In this document: positions 62,750-64,000 of the stretch, one piece after another
Layout of the letters: every line of letters starts with the position of its first letter
How positions within the stretch are numbered: position 1 is the stretch's first letter
From: Gracilinanus agilis
Lineage: Eukaryota
Direction: 5' to 3'
Length of the DNA: 64,000 nucleotides
Assembly: GCF_016433145.1 (NCBI RefSeq)
Contig: NC_058130.1
Location: forward strand, 416,405,735 to 416,469,734
Notes under the pieces: model-generated
What the model was told of the DNA's origin: nothing
Seen by the model: only the letters and a program-made list of their open reading frames with translations
Databases searched by the model: none
Program-made: the position numbers and the translations under genes

Positions 62750-63900
62750 AAATGCTGGGAGAATTGGAGTGCACTCTATCAGAAATTAGATTTTGACCAA
62801 AATACTCACATCATATACCCAGATAAACTCCAAATGAGTAAACATAAAAGGATAAACCTGAAACAAATTAGTAGGAAGGAATTATCCATAGAATATATGG
62901 TTGGGGAAGAGTTCAGAACTGAACAAGAGATATAGATGGTTGCATAAGATAAAATGAACAATTTTCTGAAGTGAAATTAAACTTCTTGTCCAAACAGGTT
63001 TAATATATCAAAACTTTTAAAGGAAATAGGTAATTGTGGGGAAAAATATTTTTTTTTTCTGATAAAGGTCTCATTTCCAAGCTAAATTAGGGACAGATTC
63101 AAATGTATAGTTACGAGCCATTCCCTAAATAAATACATCGTTAAATAATAAGAATAGGCAGTTTTCTAAGGAGGAAGTCCAAGGTATCAACAATGGTATA
63201 AAAATAAAATGTAAACCACTAATAATTAGAGAAATACAAATTTTAAAAACTTTTGAGGTTCAGCGTCACAACTATCAGATTGGCAAAGGAAAAATAAGTG
63301 AAAAAAATGAATGTTGGTGGCATCATGATAGCCCAGTCACTGGGGTGAAAGCTGCAAATATGCCCAGGAAATTATCAAATCAGCAAAAACTCTTTTGACC
63401 CATCTATAATACTCTAAGGCATACACCACAAAGAAATCAAAGAAAGAGGAAATGATCTATAGATACAAAACTAATTTTAGCAGGTTTTTTGCATACATAA
63501 ATTATAAATAAAATTAGTATACTATTTGGGAATGGTTAAACAAATTATAATACATAACTGTAATACAATATTATTATGTCATAAGAAATCAGAGATGTAC
63601 AATTTCAAAATACACTTGGAAAATCTCAGTGAACTGATGCAGCGTAATGTGAGCAGAACTAAGAGGACGATTTTTACATCATTATATAGAAACAGGACTT
63701 CAAAAGATTTTAAAAGACTGATCAATAAAATGAAAAACCTCTTCTCCAAAAGAATAAAAATGAAACATAGCCCTTATCTCCTGACAGAGATTTAATGAAT
63801 TTCAAATTCTTAAAGAGAATATTTGTTTTGTCTATGTAATGTTTTATTTTTGTATTTGCATCAAAATTTATTTTGTCTATTTTTCAAAACTCAAATATTG
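62750..63900 (+). mobile_element. Old, heavily degenerate L1 ORF2 3' fossil
   Basis: catcatatacccagataaactccaaatgag, ctgataaaggtctcatttcc, ccactaataattagagaaatacaaatt, gaactgatgcagcgtaatgtgagcagaac. Confidence 0.75.
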
Positions 63901-64000
63901 CTTGTAATTGAATATATATATATGTATATATATCTCCAAGAGAAGACTTGTTGGATACATGATAGCTGCCTTTAAAAAGCCCTCAAAATGATTAGATTTG

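Noticed and set aside
1-64000. CRISPR array, rRNA, tRNA genes or prokaryotic systems
   Set aside because: No regularly spaced repeat-spacer array or rRNA similarity. The tRNA-like A/B boxes belong to SINE heads, and the DNA is mammalian.

Overview
This is 64 kb of AT-rich, CpG-poor eukaryotic DNA, almost certainly marsupial and most likely Monodelphis domestica (opossum), judged from SINE1_Mdo/MAR1-type SINEs and L1_Mdo-type LINE ends that I recognise from memory of the consensus sequences. It looks like intronic or intergenic sequence dominated by transposon fossils of many ages: L2, CR1/L3, MIR/MAR1, RTE-related SINEs, L1, a solo ERV LTR and hAT MITEs, plus microsatellites and two N gaps. 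There is no long intact ORF, rRNA, tRNA gene or CRISPR array. The only clearly protein-derived ORFs are broken L1 ORF2 fragments at 55.9-58.2 kb. The firmest observations are structural: a solo LTR nested in a SINE, three hAT MITEs sharing a CAGTGATGG-type terminus, an L1 with a 16-bp TSD and a possible short 3' transduction, four SINEs with intact TSDs (three forming a deletion series), and a 24-bp tandem duplication touching a SINE TSD. More speculative observations are a set of phase-compatible minus-strand exons from a gene I cannot name, a box C/D snoRNA-like 74-mer, a CpG-retaining PBX/MEIS enhancer candidate and a duplicated SOX-OCT-like motif. I found no convincing new biological system. 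Boundaries of old repeats are approximate (about +/-50 bp) and family names need a RepeatMasker/Dfam check.
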